Source of the DNA: Bdellovibrionales bacterium
GTDB taxonomy: Bacteria; Pseudomonadota; Alphaproteobacteria; UBA9219; RFNS01
Assembly: GCA_039808825.1 (NCBI GenBank)
Contig: JBDHTV010000002.1
Span: 1 to 37,612, forward strand
Length of the DNA: 37,612 nucleotides
Reading direction: 5' to 3'
The notes under the pieces were generated by a model. It worked only from the letters and a program-made list of their open reading frames with translations, made no database searches and was not told the DNA's origin. Position numbers and translations under genes: made by a program. This document shows positions 15,683 to 26,143 of this stretch, piece by piece (within the stretch, counting starts at the first letter, position 1; each line of letters begins with the position of its first letter).

Positions 15683-17008
15683 ATGAGTGGAAAGACCATG
15701 ACCATACGGAAGACAGACCAGACGCGCGCGCTTGTCCTGAGTACGCTGGCGTTTACGACCTGCTTTGCGGTTTGGACGATTTTCTCCATCATCGGCATTC
15801 AGATCAAGCAGAACCTTGGGTTAAGCGATACGGCGTTCGGCCTGCTGGCGGGCACCCCAATCCTTGTCGGCTCCCTGACGAGGATCTTTCTTGGCATCTG
15901 GGCTGACCAATATGGCGGTCGATTGATTTATAGCGGTTTGATGGTGTCGGCCGCTATCGCGACCTGGATGCTGACATGGGCAGAGAGCTACCAGCAATTT
16001 CTGCTGGCCGCCGCTGGCGTAGGCCTGGCGGGTGGCTCTTTCGCGGTCGGGGTCGCCTATGTCTCCAAATGGTATGAAAAAGGGCAGCAGGGCACAGCTC
16101 TGGGCATTTTTGGCGCTGGGAATGTCGGGGCTGCGGTTACGAAGTTCTGCGCGCCGTTCGTCATGGTGGCGGCTGGCTGGCAAATGGTGGCGCAGATCTG
16201 GTCGGTGACCCTGCTGGTTATCGGGGTTCTGTTCTGGCTTTTGAGCAAGGACGACCCGGATCTGCGCAGCCGCCGCACATCCGGCCGGAAATCGCCGGGT
16301 CTCTTCGCGCAACTGGCGCCGCTTAAAAAGCTCCAAGTCTGGCGCTTCTCGCTTTACTACTTCTTTGTCTTCGGGGCCTTCGTCGCCCTTGCCTTGTGGC
16401 TCCCCCGCTATCTGACCGGAGCCTACGGCATGGACATTAAAACCGCAGGCATGATCGGGGCGGCCTATTCAATTCCCGCCAGCTTGTTCCGTATTCTCGG
16501 CGGGTGGCTCTCTGACCGGTGGGGCGCGCGCAAAGTCATGTATCTCACTTTTGCCGTTTCGACCGTGTGCTGCTTCCTCCTCTCCTACCCGTCAACGCAG
16601 TATGTCGTTAAGGGCATCAAGGGCCCGATTGCGTTCACAATCAGCATGGATATCTTGCCATTCACGCTGCTGATCTTTGTTCTGGGCTTCTTCATGTCCT
16701 TGGGCAAAGCCGCTGTCTTCAAGCATATCCCGGTTTACTATCCTGACCGTGTTGGCGCCGTCGGCGGAATGGTCGGCATGATTGGCGGGCTGGGCGGCTT
16801 TATCCTCCCTATCGCCTTCGGCGCGCTGAACGACCTCATCGGGATCTGGACCAGCTGCTTCATGCTGCTTTTTGCCCTGGTCGCCACGGCTTTCCTTTGG
16901 ATGCATTTCTCCATTCGCGCGCTGGAGCGCGCCCAGAACCCGGCCTTGAAGAAGCCCGCCGACCTCCCTGAATTCGGTCAGCAGCCAGCACACAACATCA
17001 GGAGTTAA
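15683..17008 (+). CDS. narK: MFS nitrate/nitrite transporter (NarK1-type)
   Basis: Twelve-TM-like hydrophobic pattern with the NNP-family motif GxWADQYGGR. It lies directly upstream of a second narK and narG. An alternative ATG is at 15698. Confidence 0.85.
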   Translation: MSGKTMTIRKTDQTRALVLSTLAFTTCFAVWTIFSIIGIQIKQNLGLSDTAFGLLAGTPILVGSLTRIFLGIWADQYGGRLIYSGLMVSAAIATWMLTWAESYQQFLLAAAGVGLAGGSFAVGVAYVSKWYEKGQQGTALGIFGAGNVGAAVTKFCAPFVMVAAGWQMVAQIWSVTLLVIGVLFWLLSKDDPDLRSRRTSGRKSPGLFAQLAPLKKLQVWRFSLYYFFVFGAFVALALWLPRYLTGAYGMDIKTAGMIGAAYSIPASLFRILGGWLSDRWGARKVMYLTFAVSTVCCFLLSYPSTQYVVKGIKGPIAFTISMDILPFTLLIFVLGFFMSLGKAAVFKHIPVYYPDRVGAVGGMVGMIGGLGGFILPIAFGALNDLIGIWTSCFMLLFALVATAFLWMHFSIRALERAQNPALKKPADLPEFGQQPAHNIRS

Positions 17009-17009
17009 C

Positions 17010-18371
17010 ATGAGTAGAGTTTTGCAGACCTGGTACCCGGAAGACGCTGCTTTCTGGCAGTCCCAGGGACGGCGTATCGCGCGCAAGAATTTGTGGATAT
17101 CCGTTCCAGCATTGCTGCTGGCGTTCGCGGTCTGGATGGTCTGGAGCGTTGTCGTCGTCAATCTGCCCAAAATCGGCTTCAGCTTCACGACTGACCAGCT
17201 CTTCTGGTTGACGGCCTTGCCGGGGCTGTCCGGGGCGACACTGCGGATTTTCTACTCCTTTATGGTGCCCATATTTGGTGGTCGACGTTGGACGGCCATC
17301 AGCACAGCCTCGCTGCTCATTCCTGCTGTCGGCATCGGCATTGCCGTCCAAGACCCGTCAACCCCCTACAGCCTGTTTGTGCTTCTCGCCCTGCTTGGCG
17401 GGCTTGGCGGCGGCAATTTTGCCTCCAGCATGGCCAATATTACCTATTTTTTCCCGAAAAAGGAAAAAGGCAGCGCGTTGGCGATTAATGCCGGACTTGG
17501 CAATCTCGGCGTCAGCACCATGCAATTCCTGGTGCCAATCGTCATAACCTTTAGCCTGTTTGGTTCTGTGGCCGGCGCGCCACAAACGGCTGGCGATAAA
17601 ACGCTTTGGGTGCAGAACGCCGGTTTCGTCTGGGTGCCATTTATTCTGGCGGCCACAGTGGCGGCCTGGTTCGGCATGAATGACATCGCGGAGGCCAAAG
17701 CCTCGCTGAGCAGCCAGATGGCTATCTTCAAACGCAAGCATAACTGGATTATGTGCCTGCTCTATATCGGCACATTCGGTTCATTCATCGGCTTTTCTGC
17801 AGGCCTGCCCCTATTGGCCAAGACAGCATTCCCCACGGTGAATTCGTTGCAATATGCCTTTCTTGGTCCTTTGGTTGGCGCCCTGACCCGCGCGGGGAGC
17901 GGTTGGATCGCCGATAAATTCGGCGGTGGTCGCGTCACATTCTGGGTCTTTGTGGTGATGATTATTGGCGCCGCGGGCGTCTGGTATTTCCTGACCATCA
18001 AAGAGCAGCCCCATGCATTCTATGGCTTTTTTGCCATGTTCATTCTGCTCTTTGGCGCAACCGGTGTTGGCAATGCCTCGACGTTCCAGATGATACCGGT
18101 CATTTTCTGGCAGGAGCGCAGCAAGGCGCTCCATGGCGAGGATGCGGCATCGATTCGCAAGGTCGCCGAACGCGAAGCGGCCGCGACGATTGGCTTCAGT
18201 TCAGCCGTTGGGGCGTTCGGTGCCTTTTTCATCCCCAAGAGTTATGGCACAGCCGTCGCCCTCACCGGCAAGGTTGATGCCGCCTTGCTTGTTTTCATCG
18301 CCTTCTATGTCATCTGCCTTGTCGTGACATGGTTCTTCTACACCCGAAAGAATGCAGAAATCCCCTGCTGA
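17010..18371 (+). CDS. narK: MFS nitrate/nitrite antiporter (NarK2-type)
   Basis: Starts 1 nt after the narK1 stop. It shows NNP family features (GGGNFASSMANI, WIADKFGG). Confidence 0.85.
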   Translation: MSRVLQTWYPEDAAFWQSQGRRIARKNLWISVPALLLAFAVWMVWSVVVVNLPKIGFSFTTDQLFWLTALPGLSGATLRIFYSFMVPIFGGRRWTAISTASLLIPAVGIGIAVQDPSTPYSLFVLLALLGGLGGGNFASSMANITYFFPKKEKGSALAINAGLGNLGVSTMQFLVPIVITFSLFGSVAGAPQTAGDKTLWVQNAGFVWVPFILAATVAAWFGMNDIAEAKASLSSQMAIFKRKHNWIMCLLYIGTFGSFIGFSAGLPLLAKTAFPTVNSLQYAFLGPLVGALTRAGSGWIADKFGGGRVTFWVFVVMIIGAAGVWYFLTIKEQPHAFYGFFAMFILLFGATGVGNASTFQMIPVIFWQERSKALHGEDAASIRKVAEREAAATIGFSSAVGAFGAFFIPKSYGTAVALTGKVDAALLVFIAFYVICLVVTWFFYTRKNAEIPC

Positions 18372-18445
18372 GGACAGAATTGACTTGAATCAAGGCGAAG
18401 CCCTGCATTCTGGACGATACAGCACAGAAACTTGGAGCAGACTCT

Positions 18446-21400
18446 ATGAGCTATTTTGTTGATCGTTTGCGTTACTTCACCAAGCGCGCGGAAACCTTCT
18501 CGGGTGGTCACGGCATCACGACCGATGAGAACCGCGGCTGGGAAAGTGCATATCGTGACCGGTGGGCGCACGACAAAATTGTCCGCTCCACGCATGGCGT
18601 GAACTGCACGGGTTCCTGCTCGTGGAAAATCTATGTCAAGAACGGGTTGATTACCTGGGAGACGCAGCAGACCGACTATCCGCGAACCCGCCCTGATCTG
18701 CCAAACCATGAGCCGCGCGGTTGCGCCCGCGGCGCGAGCTATAGCTGGTATATTTACTCCGCCAATCGCCTGAAATACCCGATGATTCGCAAGAAGCTGC
18801 TGAAGCTCTGGCGTCAGGCCAAGGCTCAGAATGGCGGCGACGCCGTTGGCGCCTGGCGGGCGATACAAGCCGACCCGGCGCTGCGCGAATCCTACCAGAA
18901 AGCCCGCGGCCAGGGAGGCTTTGTTCGCGCCGGATGGGAAGAAGCTTCGGAAATCATCGCCGCCGCCAATATTCATACCATCAAGGAACACGGGCCTGAT
19001 CGCATCATCGGCTTCTCGCCCATTCCGGCGATGTCGATGGTGTCCTATGCCGCCGGATCGCGTTACCTGTCGCTGATCGGTGGCGTCTGCATGAGTTTCT
19101 ATGATTGGTACTGCGACTTACCCCCCTCCTCGCCCCAGACCTGGGGCGAGCAGACCGACGTGCCGGAAAGTGCCGACTGGTACAATGCCGGCTTCATCAT
19201 CATGTGGGGCTCGAATGTGCCGCAGACGCGCACGCCTGACGCCCACTTCATGACCGAAGCCCGCTACCGCGGCACCCAGATCGTGACGATTACCCCAGAC
19301 TATTCCGAAGCATCCAAATTCGGCGATATCTGGCTGCACCCGCGGCAGGGCACGGATGCCGCCCTGGGAATGGCCATGGGTCACGTCATTCTCAAGGAAT
19401 TTCATCTTGAGAACCCATCCGAGTATTTCGATACCTACTGCCGCACCTATACGGACATGCCTTTCCTGGTCAAGCTGGAGAAGCGCGGCGACTACTATGC
19501 GCCGGGACGGATGCTACGCGCTGCCGACTTTGCTGACCAGCTGGCTGAAGCGAACAATCCGGAATGGAAGACCGTTTGCTTTGATGAGCATACGGGCGAC
19601 GTTGTGGTGCCGACCGGATCGATTGGCTTCCGCTGGGGCGACGATGGCAAATGGAATATCGCGCCGACCAATGCTCGCACCGGTGCGGAGTTCAAACCTT
19701 GCAAGTCGCTGCTTGGCCGCCAGGACGGTGTCGTCGATGTAGGCTTTCCGTATTTTGGAGGGCAGATTCACGAACATGGCTATTTTGAAGCCAACCGCCA
19801 GCAGGATATCCTGCGGCGCGAAGTCCCGGTGCGTTACCTTGACCTGAAGGGCGAGAAAGTCCCGGTCGCCTGCGTCTTCGATTTGCTGTGCGCGAATTAT
19901 GGCATCGCGCGGCCAGGGCTTAGTGCCAAGAACGTCGCCAGCGACTATGATGCGAACATCCCCTATACGCCGAAGTGGCAGGAGTCCGTCACGGGGGTCA
20001 AGGCTGAGGATGCTATTCGCGTTGCCCGAGCCTTCGCGCAAAATGCCCATGTGACCAAAGGCAAATCGATGGTGATCATCGGGGCGGCGATGAACCACTG
20101 GTATCATATGGACATGAACTACCGTGCCGCCATCAACATGCTGGTCTTCTGCGGCTGTATCGGACAATCCGGCGGCGGCTGGTCACATTATGTCGGGCAG
20201 GAGAAGTTGCGTCCGCAGACCGGCTGGGCACCACTCGCCTTCGCCCTGGACTGGGTGCGCCCGCCCCGGCAGCAGAATTCAACATCCTTCTTCTATGCCC
20301 ATACCGATCAGTGGCGCTACGAATCCCTTGAGCTGGATGAAATTCTGTCGCCGCTAGCCGATAAAAACCGCTGGCGCGGATCGCTCATCGATTGCAACGT
20401 GCGGGCAGAACGTATGGGGTGGCTGCCATCGGCACCACAGCTCCAGGAGAATCCGCTGGGTCTCGTCAAGGCCGCGGAAATCGAGGGCAAAGACCCCGTC
20501 GCCTATGTCGTGGAGAATTTGAAGTCTGGCGAGCTGCGCATGTCATGCGAGGATCCGGATCATCCCGACAACTGGCCACGCAACATGTTTGTCTGGCGCT
20601 CCAATATTCTGGGTTCCAGCGGCAAAGGTCATGAATATTTCCTCAAGCATTTCCTTGGCACCCAGCATGGTGTGCAGGGCAAAGACCTTGGCGAAGAAGG
20701 CAAGCGTTGCTCTTCCGACGTTGTGTGGCATGACAAGGCGCCGGAAGGAAAGCTGGACCTGCTCGTCACGCTCGATTTCCGCATGTCGACAACCTGCATC
20801 TATTCCGACATCGTCCTGCCGACGGCAAGCTGGTACGAGAAGAATGATCTCAACACCTCAGACATGCATCCCTTCATTCACCCCTTGTCGAAGGCGATTG
20901 ACCCTGTCTGGCAGAGTAAATCGGACTGGGACATCTATAAAACCATCGCGAAAAAATTCTCCGAACTTTGCCAGGGCCATCTTGGCAAAGAGAAGGAAAT
21001 TGTTTTAACCCCCATTCTGCATGATACGGCGGGCGAACTCGCGCAATACGATGTCAAGGAATGGCGGCAGGGTGAGTGCGAGCCGATACCGGGCAAGACC
21101 ATGCCCGCGATGAAGGTCGTTGAGCGCGACTACCCCGCGACCTACGCACGTTTCACGTCGCTGGGGCCGCTGCTGGAGAAACTCGGTAACGGTGGAAAAG
21201 GCATCAGCTGGAACACGGAGCATGAGGTTGATTTCCTCAAGAAACTCAATGGCGAATGTGATGGTCGCGCCAGAATTGAGAGCGATATTGATGCCTGCGA
21301 AGTTGTCCTGTCGCTCGCGCCAGAGACCAATGGCGAGGTCGCGGTTAAAAGCTGGGCGGCGCTCAGCAAGATAACCGGCCGTGACCATACGCATCTCGCC

Positions 21401-22162
21401 TTGCCCAAGGAAGAGGAGAAAATTCGCTTCCGGGACATTCAGGCACAGCCGCGGAAGATCATCAGCTCTCCGACCTGGAGCGGTATTGAGTCCGAGCATG
21501 TTTGCTACAACGCAGGTTACACCAATGTTCATGAGTTCATCCCCTGGCGCACACTGACCGGCAGGCAGCAGCTTTACCAGGATCATCCGTGGATGATCGA
21601 CTTCGGCGAAGGCCTGGTCTCCTATCGTCCTCCCATCAATACGCGGACAGTCGGGGCGATGCTGGACAAGCATGGCAAGGAATCCCCCACTATTCTGCTG
21701 AACTTTATTACTCCACACCAGAAATGGGGCATCCACTCAACCTATACAGACAATCTGCATATGCTGACCTTGTCGCGCGGCGGGCCGATTGTCTGGATCA
21801 GTGAAATCGACGCCAAGAAAATTGGCGTGAAAGATAATGACTGGCTGGAAGTCTTCAACACCAATGGGGCGATTATGGCGCGCGCCGTCGTCTCGCAGCG
21901 CGTCAACAAGGGTATGATGCTGATGTATCACGCGCAGGAAAAGCTGGTGCATACACCGGGGAGCCGGATCACCAATGCCCGCGGCGGGATCCATAACTCG
22001 GTCACACGCGCGACACTGAAGCCAACGCATATGATTGGCGGCTATGCCCAACTTTCATATGGCTTCAATTATTACGGCACGGTGGGGTCAAACCGCGATG
22101 AATTTGTGATCGTGCGCCGCGTTGACAAGGTGGACTGGATGGAAGGAGCTGCTGCCGAATGA
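18446..22162 (+). CDS. narG: Respiratory nitrate reductase alpha subunit
   Basis: The N-terminus ...DKIVRSTHGVNCTGSCSWKIYVKNGLITWETQQTDYPRT is near-identical to the remembered E. coli NarG sequence. Length is 1238 aa. Confidence 0.97.
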   Translation: MSYFVDRLRYFTKRAETFSGGHGITTDENRGWESAYRDRWAHDKIVRSTHGVNCTGSCSWKIYVKNGLITWETQQTDYPRTRPDLPNHEPRGCARGASYSWYIYSANRLKYPMIRKKLLKLWRQAKAQNGGDAVGAWRAIQADPALRESYQKARGQGGFVRAGWEEASEIIAAANIHTIKEHGPDRIIGFSPIPAMSMVSYAAGSRYLSLIGGVCMSFYDWYCDLPPSSPQTWGEQTDVPESADWYNAGFIIMWGSNVPQTRTPDAHFMTEARYRGTQIVTITPDYSEASKFGDIWLHPRQGTDAALGMAMGHVILKEFHLENPSEYFDTYCRTYTDMPFLVKLEKRGDYYAPGRMLRAADFADQLAEANNPEWKTVCFDEHTGDVVVPTGSIGFRWGDDGKWNIAPTNARTGAEFKPCKSLLGRQDGVVDVGFPYFGGQIHEHGYFEANRQQDILRREVPVRYLDLKGEKVPVACVFDLLCANYGIARPGLSAKNVASDYDANIPYTPKWQESVTGVKAEDAIRVARAFAQNAHVTKGKSMVIIGAAMNHWYHMDMNYRAAINMLVFCGCIGQSGGGWSHYVGQEKLRPQTGWAPLAFALDWVRPPRQQNSTSFFYAHTDQWRYESLELDEILSPLADKNRWRGSLIDCNVRAERMGWLPSAPQLQENPLGLVKAAEIEGKDPVAYVVENLKSGELRMSCEDPDHPDNWPRNMFVWRSNILGSSGKGHEYFLKHFLGTQHGVQGKDLGEEGKRCSSDVVWHDKAPEGKLDLLVTLDFRMSTTCIYSDIVLPTASWYEKNDLNTSDMHPFIHPLSKAIDPVWQSKSDWDIYKTIAKKFSELCQGHLGKEKEIVLTPILHDTAGELAQYDVKEWRQGECEPIPGKTMPAMKVVERDYPATYARFTSLGPLLEKLGNGGKGISWNTEHEVDFLKKLNGECDGRARIESDIDACEVVLSLAPETNGEVAVKSWAALSKITGRDHTHLALPKEEEKIRFRDIQAQPRKIISSPTWSGIESEHVCYNAGYTNVHEFIPWRTLTGRQQLYQDHPWMIDFGEGLVSYRPPINTRTVGAMLDKHGKESPTILLNFITPHQKWGIHSTYTDNLHMLTLSRGGPIVWISEIDAKKIGVKDNDWLEVFNTNGAIMARAVVSQRVNKGMMLMYHAQEKLVHTPGSRITNARGGIHNSVTRATLKPTHMIGGYAQLSYGFNYYGTVGSNRDEFVIVRRVDKVDWMEGAAAE

Positions 22163-22271
22163 TATCGGCCTCTTCTCTTCAAACCCAGTCTGCTCACCAA
22201 GATGCTGAGAAGTAAGCGGCCAACCTAAACGCTGGCCGCAAGTTAGAACAAGACAACGAACAGGTTATATC

Positions 22272-23930
22272 ATGAAAATCCGCGCCCAAGTTGGTATGGT
22301 GCTCAATCTCGATAAGTGCATCGGCTGTCACACCTGCTCCGTCACCTGCAAGAATGTCTGGACGTCGCGCGAAGGCGTAGAATATGCCTGGTTCAACAAT
22401 GTCGAGACCAAGCCCGGTATTGGCTACCCGAAGGAATGGGAGAATCAGGATAAGTGGCGCGGCGGCTGGCGACGGCACGCCAACGGGAAGATTGCGCCGC
22501 GGCAAGGCGGACGCTGGCGTATCCTCGCCAATATTTTTGGCAACCCGAATTTGCCGGAGATTGACGATTATTACGAGCCCTTCACTTTCGACTATGACCA
22601 TCTCCAGAAGGCACCAGAATCCAAGACGATGCCGACGGCCCGTCCGCGCTCCATCATTTCCGGGCAGCGGATGGAGAAAGTGAGTTGGGGACCAAACTGG
22701 GAAGAAATCCTGGGTACGGAGTTTGAGCATCGCAAGAAAGACTACAACTTCACCGATGTGGAAAAAGACATCTATGGTGAATTTGAAAACACTTTCATGA
22801 TGTATCTGCCGCGTCTGTGCGAGCACTGCCTGAACCCGACCTGCGTAGCCTCCTGCCCGTCCGGCTCGATCTACAAGCGCGAAGAAGACGGGATTGTTCT
22901 GGTTGATCAGGATAAATGCCGTGGCTGGCGTATGTGCATCTCTGGCTGCCCTTACAAAAAGATTTATTACAACTGGCAGACCGGCAAGGCGGAGAAGTGC
23001 ACATTCTGCTATCCGCGCATTGAAAACGGCGAACCGACGGTCTGCTCGGAAACCTGCGTTGGCCGCATCCGTTATCTTGGGGTCATTCTTTATGACGCAG
23101 ACCGGATTGAAGAAGCCGCTAGCGTGGAGAAGAACGAAGATCTTTATGAGGCGCAGTGTCGCATTTTCCTCAATCCCCATGACCCCGAAGTCATCGCCCA
23201 GGCACGGCGCGATGGTATTCCGGACAACTGGATTGAAGCGGCGCAGAAATCGCCCGTCTATAAAATGGCAATCGACTGGAAAGTGGCGTTCCCGCTGCAC
23301 CCGGAATACCGGACGCTGCCGATGGTTTGGTATATTCCGCCGCTCTCGCCGGTTCAATCTGCGCTCAACGCCGGGAAACTCAATGCGCCGCAGAATGGGG
23401 TCATGCCAAACCTGGATGACATGCGGATTCCAATCAAGTATCTGGCCAATATGCTGACAGGTGGCAAAGAACAGCCGGTTCGTCTGGCGCTGCAGCGCAT
23501 GATGGCCATGCGTCACTACATGCGCGGCAAGCATATCGAAGGCAAGGTGGACACTGGGGTGCTCTATGCAGCCGGGCTGACGCCGGACCTGGTCGAAGAC
23601 ATGTACAAGATTATGGCGATTGCCAATTATGAAGATCGGTATGTCATTCCGACCGGGCACCGTGAAGAAACGCTGGACGCTTATGGCGAAAGCGGCGGTT
23701 GCGGCTTTAGCTTCGGCAATGGGTGTGCCGGCCATAGCAACAGCAAGTTTGACCTGTTTGAGCAGCCGAAACAAAGCCGTGGTCAGAGCGGCTCAACCAA
23801 GGACAACCGCATCAACACCATTTTTACCCGCGATCACTACGAGCCGAAGCTGGCACCCCGCGATGCGGGCGAGTCTCCGCCCAAGAAATCAAGCGGCTGC
23901 GGCGGTTGTTGCGGCGGCCAGTGCGGATAG
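22272..23930 (+). CDS. narH: Respiratory nitrate reductase beta subunit with unusual Cys/Gly-rich C-terminal tail
   Basis: MKIRAQVGMVLNLDKCIGCHTCSVTCKNVWTSREGVEYAWFNNVETKPG matches NarH. At 552 aa it is about 40 aa longer than the remembered ~510-aa NarH, and it ends SSGCGGCCGGQCG. Confidence 0.95.
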   Translation: MKIRAQVGMVLNLDKCIGCHTCSVTCKNVWTSREGVEYAWFNNVETKPGIGYPKEWENQDKWRGGWRRHANGKIAPRQGGRWRILANIFGNPNLPEIDDYYEPFTFDYDHLQKAPESKTMPTARPRSIISGQRMEKVSWGPNWEEILGTEFEHRKKDYNFTDVEKDIYGEFENTFMMYLPRLCEHCLNPTCVASCPSGSIYKREEDGIVLVDQDKCRGWRMCISGCPYKKIYYNWQTGKAEKCTFCYPRIENGEPTVCSETCVGRIRYLGVILYDADRIEEAASVEKNEDLYEAQCRIFLNPHDPEVIAQARRDGIPDNWIEAAQKSPVYKMAIDWKVAFPLHPEYRTLPMVWYIPPLSPVQSALNAGKLNAPQNGVMPNLDDMRIPIKYLANMLTGGKEQPVRLALQRMMAMRHYMRGKHIEGKVDTGVLYAAGLTPDLVEDMYKIMAIANYEDRYVIPTGHREETLDAYGESGGCGFSFGNGCAGHSNSKFDLFEQPKQSRGQSGSTKDNRINTIFTRDHYEPKLAPRDAGESPPKKSSGCGGCCGGQCG

Positions 23931-23939
23931 GAGTTATCA

Positions 23940-24650
23940 ATGCTGACGTTGAAAGTGATTGGCCGTTTGCTGTCCTATCCGGAATCGCAGGAGCCTGGAA
24001 TGATTGATGGCTGTGCGAGGCTTCTCCAGCAGGAGGGCTGGCTGACCGTCCCGACACAGAAAAAAATTATTCAGATGCTCCGCTCACAGCAGGACGAAGA
24101 TCTACTCGATCTGCAGGAAGCCTATACGGATCTGTTTGACCGCACGCCTTCCCTTTCGCTGCATCTTTTTGAACATGTTCACGGCGATTCACGCGATCGC
24201 GGCCAGGCCATGGTCGATTTGCTGGAACTCTACCGGCAATCCGGTCTCGATATCGCTACCGATGAGCTGCCTGACTACTTGCCGTTGTTCCTGGAATTTC
24301 TCAGTACGCAGCCGCTTGAAGTCGTCCGCGGCCATCTGGATAGCGCCGTCAATGTCATCGCCGCGATTGGTGAACGACTGAATCGACGCCAATCTTCCTA
24401 TGCCGTTCTGTTTGACGGTTTGGTCGAAATGGCGGCACACGCCCCTGATCCTGCCCAGCTGACGATGGCTCTGCAGCAGGCTTCAGGCGCCCCCACTGCC
24501 GCCGCCGAGCTTGACGCGGTATGGGAAGAGCAATTTGCCTTCGCCAACACCGCGCAAACGACCGGCATTTCCGACGGTTGTCCGAAGGCTCAGGCCATGC
24601 TGGCCACGATCGAAGAACGTCTCAGCGCGACACAGGAGGCCAAGATATGA
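23940..24650 (+). CDS. narJ: Nitrate reductase molybdenum cofactor assembly chaperone
   Basis: Its position between narH and narI, together with the LLSYPE and LPDYLPLFLEFLS motifs, is typical of NarJ. Confidence 0.85.
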   Translation: MLTLKVIGRLLSYPESQEPGMIDGCARLLQQEGWLTVPTQKKIIQMLRSQQDEDLLDLQEAYTDLFDRTPSLSLHLFEHVHGDSRDRGQAMVDLLELYRQSGLDIATDELPDYLPLFLEFLSTQPLEVVRGHLDSAVNVIAAIGERLNRRQSSYAVLFDGLVEMAAHAPDPAQLTMALQQASGAPTAAAELDAVWEEQFAFANTAQTTGISDGCPKAQAMLATIEERLSATQEAKI

Positions 24651-25333
24651 GCAGCGGTCTAGATTTTTTCTTGTTCCAGATTTTTCCCTATATTGCGCTC
24701 GGCGCCTGCGTGCTGGGCACACTGCTGCGCTTTGATCGCGACCCATTCTCCTGGCGTAGCAAATCAAGCCAGCTCCTGCGTCGCCGTCAGCTCATCTGGG
24801 GCAGCGTCCTCTTCCATACGGGTATTCTGGTCATTCTCGGCGGGCATTTTGTCGGGCTGCTTACCCCCATCGCGGTTTTTGACGCCATGGGAGTCTCACA
24901 CGGTGCCAAACAGATTCTGGCTATCACGGCCGGCGGCATTGCCGGCATCTTTTGCCTCGTGGGACTGCTGCTCCTGCTTCACCGGCGACTTTTTGATCCG
25001 CGCATCCGGGCCAACAGTTCTTTTGCCGATATTGCCGTGCTCTTCCTGCTGCTGAGTCAACTGCTGATTGGCTTATGCACCATCACGGTATCCATGCAGC
25101 ATCTGGACGGTCATGAGATGGTCAAGTTTATGGAATGGGCGCAGCACATTGTGACCTTCCGCGGCGGGGCGCATGAATTTATCGCTGATACTGCCTTGGT
25201 GTTCAAACTTCACATCACGCTTGGCTTGTTCATCCTGCTGGTCTTCCCCTTCACACGGCTGGTTCATATGTTGAGCGCCCCGCTCGGCTTTGTGTTCCGT
25301 CCTTACCAGATTGTCCGCAAGAGGGCTTCGTGA
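24647..25333 (+). CDS. narI: Respiratory nitrate reductase gamma (cytochrome b) subunit
   Basis: The internal ATG at 24647 overlaps the narJ TGA as ATGA. MSSGLDFFLFQIFPYIALG..., His-containing TM helices and FTRLVHMLSAP support the call. Confidence 0.9.
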   Translation: MSSGLDFFLFQIFPYIALGACVLGTLLRFDRDPFSWRSKSSQLLRRRQLIWGSVLFHTGILVILGGHFVGLLTPIAVFDAMGVSHGAKQILAITAGGIAGIFCLVGLLLLLHRRLFDPRIRANSSFADIAVLFLLLSQLLIGLCTITVSMQHLDGHEMVKFMEWAQHIVTFRGGAHEFIADTALVFKLHITLGLFILLVFPFTRLVHMLSAPLGFVFRPYQIVRKRAS

Positions 25334-26127
25334 TGCGCTCATTAACCCCGGGTATTATCATTAATGGCTGCAAAATATCTGAAACCGATATTGATGCCGA
25401 GGTGCAATACCATCCAGCTGGCAGCCTCGCGGAGGCACGACATGCGGCCAAACGTTCGCTGGTCATCCGCGAACTGCTTTTGCAACGCGCCACAGAGGCG
25501 GGCTATTTGTCGGCTTCAAGACAGGACAATATTAAAGACCTAGACCAGATCATTGATAATCTTCTGGAATCAGAGATTAAAATTCCGGAGGCGGACGAGG
25601 CGACCTGCCTGCGTTACTATGAGAACAACCAGAAAAAGTTCCTGACCTCGCCGATCTTTGATGTGTCTCATATTCTTTACCTCGCGCCGCCAGAACAGGC
25701 CACGGTGCGCGCCGAAGCCCTTGAGCGCGCCAACCTTGCTTTGGCCCGGCTGCGCGCCGAGCCCGGGCTATTCGAACAGCTGGCACGATCGGAATCGGCA
25801 TGCTCCTCGGCGTCCGCGGGGGGACACCTGGGGCAAATCAGCCACGGGCAAACCATGCTGGCGTTTGAAACCGCGCTCCTGCAGATGCAGGAGGGTGAAC
25901 TGAGCAAAGAGCCGGTAGCCACGAGCGTTGGCTACCATATTATTCGCGTCAACAAACGTGCCGAAGGGCGGCAGCTGCCATTTTCTGCCGTAGCCACCTG
26001 GATCAAAGAGTATCTGAACGAGCAGTGCTGGAACCGAGCCTTCCATCAGTATGTCACGCTCCTTGCCGGGCGCGCCCAGATAAGCGGCTATACTTTCGAG
26101 GCAGCAAATTCGCCTCTCGTGCAATAA
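25330..26127 (+). CDS. PpiC/parvulin-type peptidyl-prolyl isomerase (nar-cluster associated, NifM-like)
   Basis: Rotamase signature SACSSASAGGHLGQISHGQTMLAFE...GYHIIRV. The start overlaps the narI stop as GTGATG. Confidence 0.75.
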   Translation: MMRSLTPGIIINGCKISETDIDAEVQYHPAGSLAEARHAAKRSLVIRELLLQRATEAGYLSASRQDNIKDLDQIIDNLLESEIKIPEADEATCLRYYENNQKKFLTSPIFDVSHILYLAPPEQATVRAEALERANLALARLRAEPGLFEQLARSESACSSASAGGHLGQISHGQTMLAFETALLQMQEGELSKEPVATSVGYHIIRVNKRAEGRQLPFSAVATWIKEYLNEQCWNRAFHQYVTLLAGRAQISGYTFEAANSPLVQ

Positions 26128-26143
26128 TTTTTCGAGAAGTGGC

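Noticed and set aside
22194-23774. 526-aa ORF on the minus strand opposite narH
   Set aside because: It is antisense to a near-canonical NarH. It has no motifs and shows the composition of a shadow frame.
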